29,206 nucleotides of DNA from Promethearchaeota archaeon (GTDB lineage Archaea > Asgardarchaeota > Lokiarchaeia > Sigyniarchaeales > SOKP01), in NCBI GenBank assembly GCA_018238625.1, contig JABCSY010000051.1:1-29206 (forward strand), read 5' to 3'. Positions within the stretch are counted from its first letter, which is position 1. Every line of letters starts with the position of its first letter. Made by a program: the position numbers and the translations under genes. The notes below the pieces were generated by a model. That model ran no database searches, had not been told where the DNA came from, and saw nothing but the letters and a program-made list of their open reading frames with translations. Of this stretch, positions 1 through 8,600 are shown in pieces.

Positions 1-782
1 TGGGCAGTGGTCGCGTCACTATAGATTGCAAAGATAACCGTAGGGAAGTTAGCAGGAGACATCCAATATTGTTCCCAGCGTTGTAACCTACACTCTACAT
101 TAGGAATGAATTTGTCGTACGTAAAAGGTCCAGTACCTATTGGTTTTCCAGTAGTAAGAGGGATAAAAGAAGTCGCATCACCAGCATGAGCGGTTGGAGA
201 AATCATTCCAGCGTTAATGTAAGTTAAAGTGTTCAAGAAAGTCGCATACGCACCATTGAGAACAATTGTGATATTATAATCTCCAACGGCTGTTATGGTA
301 TCCATGATAGGAGTAACTCCATCAGGGAACATCCATAAGCATTGAGTATGAGCAACTTCGCCAGTATTGGTTCCAGTAGCGTTTATTAAGTATTGTAATC
401 TATCCAAATTCCATTTCGCTGCTTCTGCGTTAAAATCAGTTCCATCGTGGAATAGTATACCTTCCTTCAAGCTTATTTGAAGTTCGGTAGTGGACGCCCA
501 CCAGTAAGAGTGAGCAAGCACATTAATTCGAGGTAAAGCTAAATCAGCTAAATCATAAAAGAACAGTGTTTCAACAACTTGTTCTAGTACATCATTTGAT
601 GCACTATCCCAAGAATCTGTGATTTCTAATGTGTGTGGTCCGGAACTAGTGGATCTTACATAGGTAACGCCCGCCACGGGAGGTTGCACGGGTTCTTTAA
701 GAACAACTAATAAAATGTTGCCTACTCCAGATCCTAACAAAGCAACGATAAGGACAATAATTGCAATATTTTTTTTTTCCAT
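1..782 (-). CDS. ABC transporter substrate-binding protein, family 5 (oligopeptide/dipeptide/nickel type); runs off the left edge
   Basis: Not in ORF track. Manual translation from ATG at 782: MEKKNIAIIVLIVALLGSGVGNILLVVL (membrane anchor)...DSWDSASNDVLEQVVETLF...LKEGILFHDGTDFNAEAAKWNLDRL, matching the SBP_bac_5 signature L(R/K)xGVxFHDGxxxxAxxVxxxxxR. Confidence 0.9.
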   Translation of the reverse strand, partial: MEKKNIAIIVLIVALLGSGVGNILLVVLKEPVQPPVAGVTYVRSTSSGPHTLEITDSWDSASNDVLEQVVETLFFYDLADLALPRINVLAHSYWWASTTELQISLKEGILFHDGTDFNAEAAKWNLDRLQYLINATGTNTGEVAHTQCLWMFPDGVTPIMDTITAVGDYNITIVLNGAYATFLNTLTYINAGMISPTAHAGDATSFIPLTTGKPIGTGPFTYDKFIPNVECRLQRWEQYWMSPANFPTVIFAIYSDATTA

Positions 783-1069
783 ATTTTAATCACTTTATTT
801 TATTTTTTAGTTTTTATTTTTTTTAGATTAATAGTTAAGTATCTACTTGAATTTGGAAACTTATAAGTTTTTTCTTTTTTTTTTTAATTTGTTAGTAGGG
901 TTGATTTTTTGCAATTTAGATTGAAAATTTGATTTTGTAAAAATTTTTCTAGTTTATTATAAATTTTAATTATCAATAGCCTTGGTTTTATCTAGAACTT
1001 CCAGTTCTCCTTTTTACTTGTTTATTTTTAATATTTAAAAAAAGCGGTTCTTTAATGCTTCTTAATATG

Positions 1070-1999
1070 TTAACTGCTAAATATCCCCACTAATACATCG
1101 TAATAAAAAGAGGAAAAAAGGATCAAAAAGAGGAAAAAGCCCGCGATAATTATGCCTTTATCGAAAAAAGCTTTTTCGGTTCTCCTCGCTATTTCAGGCT
1201 TAGCTGACGTTAAATACATATACCGCATAATTAAGTATAATGAAATAGGGATGGTAAAAATCACGATATATTCTTGTAAAATTATGGTGGGTTCAAAAAG
1301 TTCAAATTTTAATATCAGATAAAGAGAATAAGTCATAAATAAAGAGCCGGCAATCATGATGTGGAATTGATCTAGTAATTTTAAAGAATATTGATCGTAA
1401 ACTTTCTTATGCTCAACAGCTTTTTCTTTTCCAAGAAGCATTAGGTCGCCCTTTCTTTTAGCTATGCTTAAAAACATCGCGATTTCAAAAATTGCTAAAA
1501 ACAACCAAGCGGAAATGTATTCATTTATTATAACGACCCCAGATAACGCCCTCCATAAGTAACCCGTAGATAAGATTGAAATGTCAATAAAAGCGTAATT
1601 TTTAAAAAAATGGTTGTAAAACTGTCCTGTTAAGATGATAAGAATTATCATAAAAATAAAACTGATATTTGGTATTAAAAATACGAGGGAGAAGGTCATA
1701 AATGCTGATATGATTAGTAATAATAATACAGCAAAATACACTGGTAAATCGCCAGAAGCGAGAGGTTTTTTTTTCAGTTTTTCTGGATGTTTTTTATCGC
1801 GTTCGACATCTAGTATGTCGTTTATAATGTAGTTGAAAGAAGAAGCGCAACATAGTAAAATAAAACCTAAGATGAGAGGAAAATATAGCGTAAAATCAAA
1901 TATTCTTTCACTAAAAAACACACCAACGAATATTAAAACATTTTTATAGTACTGTCTTACGCGTAAAAGGTTTACGATACTTCTAATTTTACTTGTCAT
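1070..1999 (-). CDS. UbiA-superfamily membrane protein, decaprenyl-phosphate phosphoribosyltransferase-like
   Basis: LLRVRQYYKN, YIINDILDVERDKKHPEK..KPLASG and AKRKGDL motifs typical of the DPPR-synthase branch of UbiA; multiple TM segments. Confidence 0.8.
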   Translation of the reverse strand: MTSKIRSIVNLLRVRQYYKNVLIFVGVFFSERIFDFTLYFPLILGFILLCCASSFNYIINDILDVERDKKHPEKLKKKPLASGDLPVYFAVLLLLIISAFMTFSLVFLIPNISFIFMIILIILTGQFYNHFFKNYAFIDISILSTGYLWRALSGVVIINEYISAWLFLAIFEIAMFLSIAKRKGDLMLLGKEKAVEHKKVYDQYSLKLLDQFHIMIAGSLFMTYSLYLILKFELFEPTIILQEYIVIFTIPISLYLIMRYMYLTSAKPEIARRTEKAFFDKGIIIAGFFLFLILFSSFYYDVLVGIFSS

Positions 2000-2026
2000 T
2001 ATAAGATGTTAAACTAAACATATCAA

Positions 2027-4585
2027 TTAAATTTTGTTAAGGTAAAAAATTTTTTCTGGTTTAAATCTTCTCATTATTAAATATCCTATTTTACTAAACA
2101 TGCTCGTCTCTGATTTTTTTTGAATAATAGCAGTATTATATTGGAACGCTAGCACTTCCAATGAATTGTATGGAATCTTTATAGCCTCACCGAAAATGTT
2201 TTTCATGGAAAGATAATTACTTTTCTCATGCTTTCCCTTATTTGATTTCTTTTTTAAATCTTCAATATTTATTTTAACATCTTGGATATAGCCAATTTCC
2301 AGATTATTTACGGGTTTTTTAAGATAAACGAAAGTTCTGAGTTGTTTTTCTATCAACCAATTAATTACATTTAATTCAGATTTTCGAAACATTTCATTTC
2401 TTCTTATTTGTATGTAAATATTTTTTGGTTTAACGATCAAATCTTTTATTTTATATTGAATTGTTTTGTTGCCATCGCTTTGAGGTATCTCGTTAAAAAA
2501 TAATTCAGACTCTTTGAATTTATCCGAGATGTTAACGTTTAAGCATTTAACTATTCGAATTTCTCCTTTTGTTATGAAAAAAATATCTTTGTCAATAAAT
2601 TCTTTAAATAAGCCTATTGAATTAGGAATTTTTTTTTTCAGGTTTTTGAAAATCTTGCGACCTTCTCTATCAAAAAAAACATATTTTCCATCCTTTTTAT
2701 CCTCGTTCAATTCAATATCTACTAAGCTTAAAGTTCCCTCCTTTCTTAAAAAATATTGATCTTTTAGATGAACCCGAGATTTTGTGTACAATGAAGAATT
2801 TAAAAGAATTTCGGTACCATCTTTAATGTCTTTGACGACATATTCGTCAGTGTCGCAAACATCGTCTTTAAATTTAACATCTTTTAATTTACCTATAACG
2901 ATTTCATCTGTAACTTTATTCTTAAACACGTAATCCTTTTCGAGTTCCAACTTGTATAATTCTATTCTATTTAGATCTCTCATAAAAGCAGAAATATCTC
3001 CAATATGAAAGTGTTCTTTAAACTTCTCGTTGGCGATGTCTTTAAATTTTATTCTCGCGTCTTCAAATAATTTTGCGTAGTATTTTTGTTTTGATTTTTT
3101 TAAACAAATGATCGGTAAAAGCGTTTCTTTTGTTGGTTTTAACTTATCGTCTAATATAGCTGCAATTCTATGATAAGTAGGCGGATGGGAGTTTATTATG
3201 TTGCTTACGAGCGAGAGTCTTTTTGGTTTAATTATTGATCTATTGATGTAATCAGCCGTGTCTAAATAATTTAAAATTTCATTATTTTTTGTAATTTTTT
3301 CGTCACACAAAAGCATCGTATTTAAGCCAAATTCCCGACCTGTGGCGTAAAAACTTTCTAAGTTATAAAGCGCTTTTACGAGTTCTTTTGCGTAGCCGAT
3401 TTTTTTGGTTTTTAGATCCGCTTTTCCTTCCAAGATTCTGACAAACATAAACAATATGAGATATACTAATAAGTTTAAGAGAATAAACGAAATAAATGGG
3501 AGAGTAGGGTTCCCGAACGTATAATCGTAATATGTTGCAGGCACGCCAAATAACATCCTAAAGATTAAATCTCCAGTTGTTATAAAAGTTAATATTAAAG
3601 TATGTTTTCCCTTAGTATGGGCTAACTCGTGAGCGATAATTCCTTTGACCTCATCTTCTGGCACTTGTTTGTAATCCTCCGCAATAAGGGCGATTCTTTT
3701 ATCAAAAATTGAACCGTATGCCATCGCATTTAAGATTGGATATTTTCCAAAACCAACTTTTACTCTTCCTTTTATCCCAATGTTTGATTTTACTTCATCA
3801 ATTAAACCCAATAATCTTTTGTCCTCAAATGGTTTTATACCAAGCATAAAATCTAAAATAGGTCCAGAAAGGAAGTAAATAACCCAATTTATTGCTATTA
3901 ATATAACATAAACATTCATGAAGAGTTCCCAAATGGAGAATTGGCTAAAAAGGAAAGCCTTCTGTGAAATTAAATTAAGAGGCGTATATTGATTTATAAA
4001 AACAATAGCTAACCACGCAATAACATACAAAAATAAAGTTAAATACTCGGGCGACATAAACCTCCAAATGATAATATACTTTCTACCAAATAATATAAAA
4101 CCTAATCCAAGAATGATCCAAAAAGAAAACGCAAAAGCCGTGTTAATAACTTTTGGGTCTCCTATTACATTTGAAATTATTCCTGATATGAAAATAATGT
4201 TATAAGTTGCCAAAGAAATTATTAAAATCTTATTTAAAACGGGGTAATCTTTCAATTCAAATATTCCAAACCATAAATAGATCGAAAAAGCACCCATTAT
4301 CGAAGTCAATATGTCTTTCGAAAGGAAGAAAATTAGAAAAAAGAAAAATAAAAGCGCAACAAAATCGCTCATTTCGCTCCTTTTACCATTTTTACAGAAT
4401 CTATAGAACTCTTCTATTGTAATTAAAAACAATAAGAAAACTACCCAAAAACTCCAATCAGTGAAGGTGTCGTACAAGTTTGGTTGAAATAATATGAAGT
4501 GAAATAAAAAAAATAGTCCAATTGAAATAAAAACGTAAAGGATAAATAACGAGTATCTTATTTTTTTTTTCAATAGAAAACACAT
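2027..4585 (-). CDS. M48 (HtpX/Ste24-like) membrane zinc metalloprotease with extra N-terminal TM bundle and long soluble C-terminal extension
   Basis: LNAMAYG, IIAHELAH (HExxH), LEGKAD and SHPPTYHRIAAI motifs. Exact start uncertain. Confidence 0.85.
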   Translation of the reverse strand: MCFLLKKKIRYSLFILYVFISIGLFFLFHFILFQPNLYDTFTDWSFWVVFLLFLITIEEFYRFCKNGKRSEMSDFVALLFFFFLIFFLSKDILTSIMGAFSIYLWFGIFELKDYPVLNKILIISLATYNIIFISGIISNVIGDPKVINTAFAFSFWIILGLGFILFGRKYIIIWRFMSPEYLTLFLYVIAWLAIVFINQYTPLNLISQKAFLFSQFSIWELFMNVYVILIAINWVIYFLSGPILDFMLGIKPFEDKRLLGLIDEVKSNIGIKGRVKVGFGKYPILNAMAYGSIFDKRIALIAEDYKQVPEDEVKGIIAHELAHTKGKHTLILTFITTGDLIFRMLFGVPATYYDYTFGNPTLPFISFILLNLLVYLILFMFVRILEGKADLKTKKIGYAKELVKALYNLESFYATGREFGLNTMLLCDEKITKNNEILNYLDTADYINRSIIKPKRLSLVSNIINSHPPTYHRIAAILDDKLKPTKETLLPIICLKKSKQKYYAKLFEDARIKFKDIANEKFKEHFHIGDISAFMRDLNRIELYKLELEKDYVFKNKVTDEIVIGKLKDVKFKDDVCDTDEYVVKDIKDGTEILLNSSLYTKSRVHLKDQYFLRKEGTLSLVDIELNEDKKDGKYVFFDREGRKIFKNLKKKIPNSIGLFKEFIDKDIFFITKGEIRIVKCLNVNISDKFKESELFFNEIPQSDGNKTIQYKIKDLIVKPKNIYIQIRRNEMFRKSELNVINWLIEKQLRTFVYLKKPVNNLEIGYIQDVKINIEDLKKKSNKGKHEKSNYLSMKNIFGEAIKIPYNSLEVLAFQYNTAIIQKKSETSMFSKIGYLIMRRFKPEKIFYLNKI

Positions 4586-4773
4586 ATGGCTTAATTTTAT
4601 TGTTATTTTTATTTAAATACGAATTCCTTAAAATTATTTCCTACATCTATTAAAAAATTACATTTACTGATTTTGAGGATCAAAAATAGTATATATAAAC
4701 TTTAATAGCTATGGTAATTTTGATATTTTGATTAAATTTTAAAAGATAAAAAATTCGCGTTTGGTTATCAAAA

Positions 4774-5985
4774 TTGAAAATATCCAAGTTTGGAATACTA
4801 TTTTTACTTTTGGCGCTCCGGATTGACAAACATATTAAAGGATATGTTGATTTTTATTTTGGTCCTGAAAATTTACGAAAAATTGTTGACAACGAGTCAT
4901 TAACATCGCCAAAAAAACTGTTATTAGACTCCAAAACTTTATTAAAACAGTTGGGGGCACAAGGTTACGATAAAAAGCGCGAGCGATATTTAGAAAAAAT
5001 GCTTATAGCAATGAGGACTTCAATAGAATTGCTAATCGGAATCGAGATTCCTATTAAGGAACAATTTTTAAGGCTTTATGATGTAGATTTACAACCAGTT
5101 AACGAAGCGGAGCTGGATAATTTAAAAGAGGAGTTTAATGAAGCATATCGCGGTCCTGGTAGTTTAGAAGAACGAATGAATAAATTAAGAATTTCTCGTA
5201 CTGTTCCTGAAGAAAAGGTTTTTGAGTTGTTTAAAAAAGCACTTGACATCACTGAAAAGCGAACTAAAGAATTGTTTGTTGATCTCTTACCTAAAAAAGA
5301 AAGAATTTTTATAGATGTAGTAAAAAATAACGATACAGATGAGAAAATAAAATGGGCTTGCTATAATTGGTATTTAGGTAATTATTCTAGCCGAATTGAA
5401 GTTAATCCTAATTATCAAATGTATTGGACTGTTTTTCTAACATATCTTTCTCATGAGGGATACCCAGGACATCATACTGAATTTGTTATAAAGGAAAAGA
5501 GGCTTTATCGTGAATTAAACCAATTCGAACATTCTATCTTAATTCTACACTCTCCAAAATTAGTTATTTCCGAGGGAATCGCAAATAAAGCAATCTCTGT
5601 AATCTTTTCAAACCGGGAAGTAGCAGAAATTGGTTTACGAGAATTTTGTTCAGACGCGTCAAAAGAAGCATCTCTTGAAGAATTGGAGTTACAAGACATA
5701 GTAAAAGCAAAAATCCCTCTTTTTTGGTATAATTTTGCATATCATGCTCTAATTGATAAATATAGCAACGAAGAACTAATTCGATATGGACAAAATCTTG
5801 AAATTTTTAGTGAGGAAGATATAAAAACTGGAATAAAAAGATTATCTAATCCAACATATTCAAAAAATGCTTTTATGTATAACCTTGGAAACAATATTAT
5901 AAAGCACAAATACGGAGAAGTCCCCTCAATTAAAGACTTTCGAAATTTGCTCAGTAACCCAATTTTACCATCTGATTTAAAGTAA
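4774..5985 (+). CDS. DUF885-like putative zinc metallopeptidase
   Basis: HEGYPGHHTE motif plus downstream SEGIA, resembling the DUF885 HExxPGHH...EG motif. TTG start. Confidence 0.6.
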   Translation: MKISKFGILFLLLALRIDKHIKGYVDFYFGPENLRKIVDNESLTSPKKLLLDSKTLLKQLGAQGYDKKRERYLEKMLIAMRTSIELLIGIEIPIKEQFLRLYDVDLQPVNEAELDNLKEEFNEAYRGPGSLEERMNKLRISRTVPEEKVFELFKKALDITEKRTKELFVDLLPKKERIFIDVVKNNDTDEKIKWACYNWYLGNYSSRIEVNPNYQMYWTVFLTYLSHEGYPGHHTEFVIKEKRLYRELNQFEHSILILHSPKLVISEGIANKAISVIFSNREVAEIGLREFCSDASKEASLEELELQDIVKAKIPLFWYNFAYHALIDKYSNEELIRYGQNLEIFSEEDIKTGIKRLSNPTYSKNAFMYNLGNNIIKHKYGEVPSIKDFRNLLSNPILPSDLK

Positions 5986-6027
5986 CTGAACCTGTTAGTG
6001 AAATTGAAAATTTATTGTTCTTTGAGT

Positions 6028-6186
6028 CCGTTGACGATATGTAACCTTAAATCGCTTGAATTTTTGGATTTAAGTCAATTAAAATTAACTCGCATTCCAG
6101 AGAAGATCGACAACCTTAAATTATTTCTATATTTGAAAATTAATCATATGTATAATTGAATAGAAAGCCCAGTTTCGATTGCTAAT
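6028..6186 (+). pseudogene. Degenerate leucine-rich-repeat gene fragment
   Basis: Frame +1 reads PLTICNLKSLEFLDLSQLKLTRIPEKIDNLKLFLYLKINHMYN*IESPVSIAN, about two LRR units (PxxIxNLxxLxxLDLS). TGA at 6157-6159 falls at a Leu-type position and there is no clear start. Confidence 0.7.
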
Positions 6187-6338
6187 TCAATTTTACAAGG
6201 TTTAAAAAGAAATTCATTTTTTAATTTTTATTGAAGTTTAAATAAACATTTTGAAATAAAAGTATAGTTTCATTCAGAATTTAAATTTATAAGAGAAATA
6301 GGTTAAAAACATCTCAATTAATATATAAGGTGGAAAAA

Positions 6339-6368
6339 ATGCCTGGTCAAGCTGGAGCAGTACCATAA
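6339..6368 (+). other. Candidate micro-ORF (MPGQAGAVP, 9 aa)
   Basis: ATGCCTGGTCAAGCTGGAGCAGTACCATAA is 15/30 GC in very AT-rich flanks. It is preceded by AAGGTGG and followed at once by a hairpin. Confidence 0.35.
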
Positions 6369-6370
6369 TT

Positions 6371-6410
6371 TGGTGTTTTTTATAAGAACACCATATATTT
6401 TTCTTTTTTA
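6371..6410. terminator. Hairpin plus T-rich tract between convergent units
   Basis: TGGTGTT (6371-6377) / AACACCA (6387-6393) perfect 7-bp inverted repeat followed by TATATTTTTCTTTTTT. Confidence 0.5.
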
Positions 6411-6413
6411 ATT

Positions 6414-7778
6414 TTAAAGCGCGTCTTTCATTTTATTAATTTCAAACCAAAAATATTTGACTGTAATATAATACCATAGGAGTAGTCCAGGGATTACTAA
6501 AATAAATGAGATTACTATATTAGTTGGTATAGTCAAAAAGCCTAAAATATTGATATCTACGAATTTTATTGGCATAATAAACAATTCAATACATAGGAGA
6601 TAAATAAAACCAACGATCATTAAAATTAGCATGAGAATCACAATTCCTCTTATTCTAGGAAACTTACATAATAAGATTGCAGACAAAAGTCCAAAAATAA
6701 CGATTATAATTGCTATTGTAATTAAATCCAGATTTCCAATTGTCCAAACCATTAATAGCGTTGTTATAATAGAAAAAAATCCACAGATAATTGAAATAAT
6801 ATAAAAGTTTTTAACTAATTTTGGTTCCTTTAAAGGACCCTTCGCTAAGATTAATCTTGGTAAAGTCAGAGCGGCGTCTTTCTCGTTGGATGCTTTTATT
6901 AAATCGTTTTTTAACAATATAATATCGCTCTTATTTTCTAGAATTTCACTACTCTCAAAAAATCCTTTTACTGAATATAAAACGTAAAAGCTATTAAAAA
7001 TATGGATTAAAAGTGCACAAAAGACTGCTGCTTCAAGAGAGCCAAATAAAGCAATACACGCAAACAAAGCACCAATGCTTAGCGTTCCAACATCTCCAGG
7101 AAAGATTTTTGCAGGAAATTTATTATATAAGTAAAATGGAATTAGAACTGCTATAGCGATAACGGTAAATAAAACTCCTTCTGCGGAATTCCATATTATT
7201 GAACAAATAAACAAGGAACATAGGGCAATAATGGATGTACCCGACCCTTCACCGTTATATCCTTCTAACATATTCACTGTGTTCGCAAATACAGCGACAA
7301 TTATAGGCGCAAGTATAGGATAAATAACCGTTAACCTTAATTGCCCTAGGAAAGGGATTGTAGGGGAGTCAATTTTAATAAAACCTAAAAAATTTGCCAG
7401 AAAAATCAAGGTTCCCGTAAAGATCGTTAATATTAGTTTATATCTCGATCTTAATTTAATTCTGTCGTCAATATAACCAATTAACCCTGATAAAACCACA
7501 GTTAAAACAAATATCAAGATTTCGTTAAAGAAACTTGGAAAAAAAATAATTAGAAACATTGATGCAAATGAAATTCCTATGACGATGCTAATTCCACCAG
7601 ATTCCGCAACTTCTGTTTTTAAATTTTTATGTATATCGATTCCGATGTGACCCTTTCTTTTCATTATTTTAATAAGATAGGGGATAATTACCATTGTGAT
7701 TGTAAATCCTACAGCAAAGACAATTATTAAATATATAGCTTCCAAGAGTCCCCAATTTAAATCAGTTATACGAATCAT
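6414..7778 (-). CDS. aglH: UDP-GlcNAc:dolichyl-phosphate GlcNAc-1-phosphate transferase (MraY/GPT/Alg7 family) with C-terminal TM extension
   Basis: GIDIHK...VAESGG, IGYIDD, ANTVNMLEGYNGEG, FPAKIFPGDVGT and LTLPRLIL motifs of the archaeal/eukaryotic GPT branch. Confidence 0.85.
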   Translation of the reverse strand: MIRITDLNWGLLEAIYLIIVFAVGFTITMVIIPYLIKIMKRKGHIGIDIHKNLKTEVAESGGISIVIGISFASMFLIIFFPSFFNEILIFVLTVVLSGLIGYIDDRIKLRSRYKLILTIFTGTLIFLANFLGFIKIDSPTIPFLGQLRLTVIYPILAPIIVAVFANTVNMLEGYNGEGSGTSIIALCSLFICSIIWNSAEGVLFTVIAIAVLIPFYLYNKFPAKIFPGDVGTLSIGALFACIALFGSLEAAVFCALLIHIFNSFYVLYSVKGFFESSEILENKSDIILLKNDLIKASNEKDAALTLPRLILAKGPLKEPKLVKNFYIISIICGFFSIITTLLMVWTIGNLDLITIAIIIVIFGLLSAILLCKFPRIRGIVILMLILMIVGFIYLLCIELFIMPIKFVDINILGFLTIPTNIVISFILVIPGLLLWYYITVKYFWFEINKMKDAL

Positions 7779-7837
7779 TATTCATCGATAGATTTTTTTA
7801 AGTAGTTTATTTGTAAGAATAAAAAGTAAATAAATAA

Positions 7838-7939
7838 TAGCCCGGCACGGAATTTCGACATTCGACTTTATTCGATTGTTTTCGAACCGTGGTCACGGGG
7901 TTCAAGGCCCCAGATGCTTGTCCACTACACCACCGGGCT
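7838..7939 (-). tRNA. tRNA-Gln(UUG) with 29-nt intron at 59/60; CCA not encoded
   Basis: Minus strand: AGCCCGG TG GTGT AGTGGACAA GCAT C TGGGG CCTTGAA CCCCG TGAC CACGG TTCGAA [29 nt] T CCGTG CCGGGCT A. Full cloverleaf, anticodon TTG (7903-7905), A1-U72 pair characteristic of archaeal tRNA-Gln. Confidence 0.93.
7852..7880 (-). other. tRNA intron (BHB type) in T-loop, position 59/60
   Basis: CACGG|TTCG|AAA|ACAATCGA-ATAAAG-TCGAATGT|CGAA|ATT|CCGTG: 4-bp central helix with two 3-nt bulges. Cutting after the 2nd base of each bulge regenerates T-loop TTCGAAT. Confidence 0.92.
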
Positions 7940-7953
7940 ATGCTTTTTATTAC

Positions 7954-8577
7954 TTACACATTAAAAGGTTTTAAATTTTGTTTAAAAAATGCATTATCTA
8001 ATAAATCTTTATTGGTTTTTAGAAATTGAATCTCTGCTTTTTCGTCTCTATATTCATCAGGCAGCATTTGAGGTATTGTTTCAATGATTGGGTACCATCG
8101 CATACATTCTGAACAGAACAGTAATCCCGTTTCAACTTCAGTTTCAATTTTAATTTTATTTAAAAAATATAATTCTGGTAGAATATTTTCGATTTTTTCA
8201 AGTTCTAAGTTATTAGAGAAATTGGTTATTTTATCTTTTATATCGTGTTTGATAATGTTAAAACATCGTTTACTTAATTTTGAAGACGATTTGTCGTGTA
8301 TATAGTTGACTTCCTTAATGCTCGAAATTATTAAATTTAAATATGTATCGAACAAGCTCTTTTCAATTACAATATCGTCCCGAATATAAATTTTTCCCTT
8401 TTCCTCTTGAATCTCGATAATATTTTCCTTTTTAATAAGATCAATATCTCTTTTTTCAAAAAAATTTAAGATTTTCCTAAATTCTTCTTCATCAGTTTCA
8501 TATGAAAAGATATACAAATCTAAGGGAAAATTCTTGTCAATCGGACAAGCTAAAATGTCAAGCAACCACGGTTTCAT
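7954..8577 (-). CDS. trm112: Trm112-family methyltransferase activator, long form with large internal insertion
   Basis: N-terminal MKPWLLDILACPIDKNFPL and C-terminal EVETGLLFCSECMRWYPIIETIPQMLPDEYR are the two halves of the Trm112 domain. Confidence 0.85.
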   Translation of the reverse strand: MKPWLLDILACPIDKNFPLDLYIFSYETDEEEFRKILNFFEKRDIDLIKKENIIEIQEEKGKIYIRDDIVIEKSLFDTYLNLIISSIKEVNYIHDKSSSKLSKRCFNIIKHDIKDKITNFSNNLELEKIENILPELYFLNKIKIETEVETGLLFCSECMRWYPIIETIPQMLPDEYRDEKAEIQFLKTNKDLLDNAFFKQNLKPFNV

Positions 8578-8600
8578 CGAGTCACCAAATTAAATGTTAT

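Noticed and set aside
783-900. Long T/A homopolymer tracts as phase-variation sites
   Set aside because: Such tracts are common throughout this AT-rich window and no interrupted frame is associated with them.
6157-6159. TGA as selenocysteine codon
   Set aside because: Falls at a Leu-type position of an LRR (one change from TTA), no redox motif, no recognisable SECIS.
7854-7886. Four closely spaced TTCGA copies as tandem repeat or mini-CRISPR
   Set aside because: Fully explained by the tRNA T-loop and the self-complementary intron helices; no spacers or cas genes.
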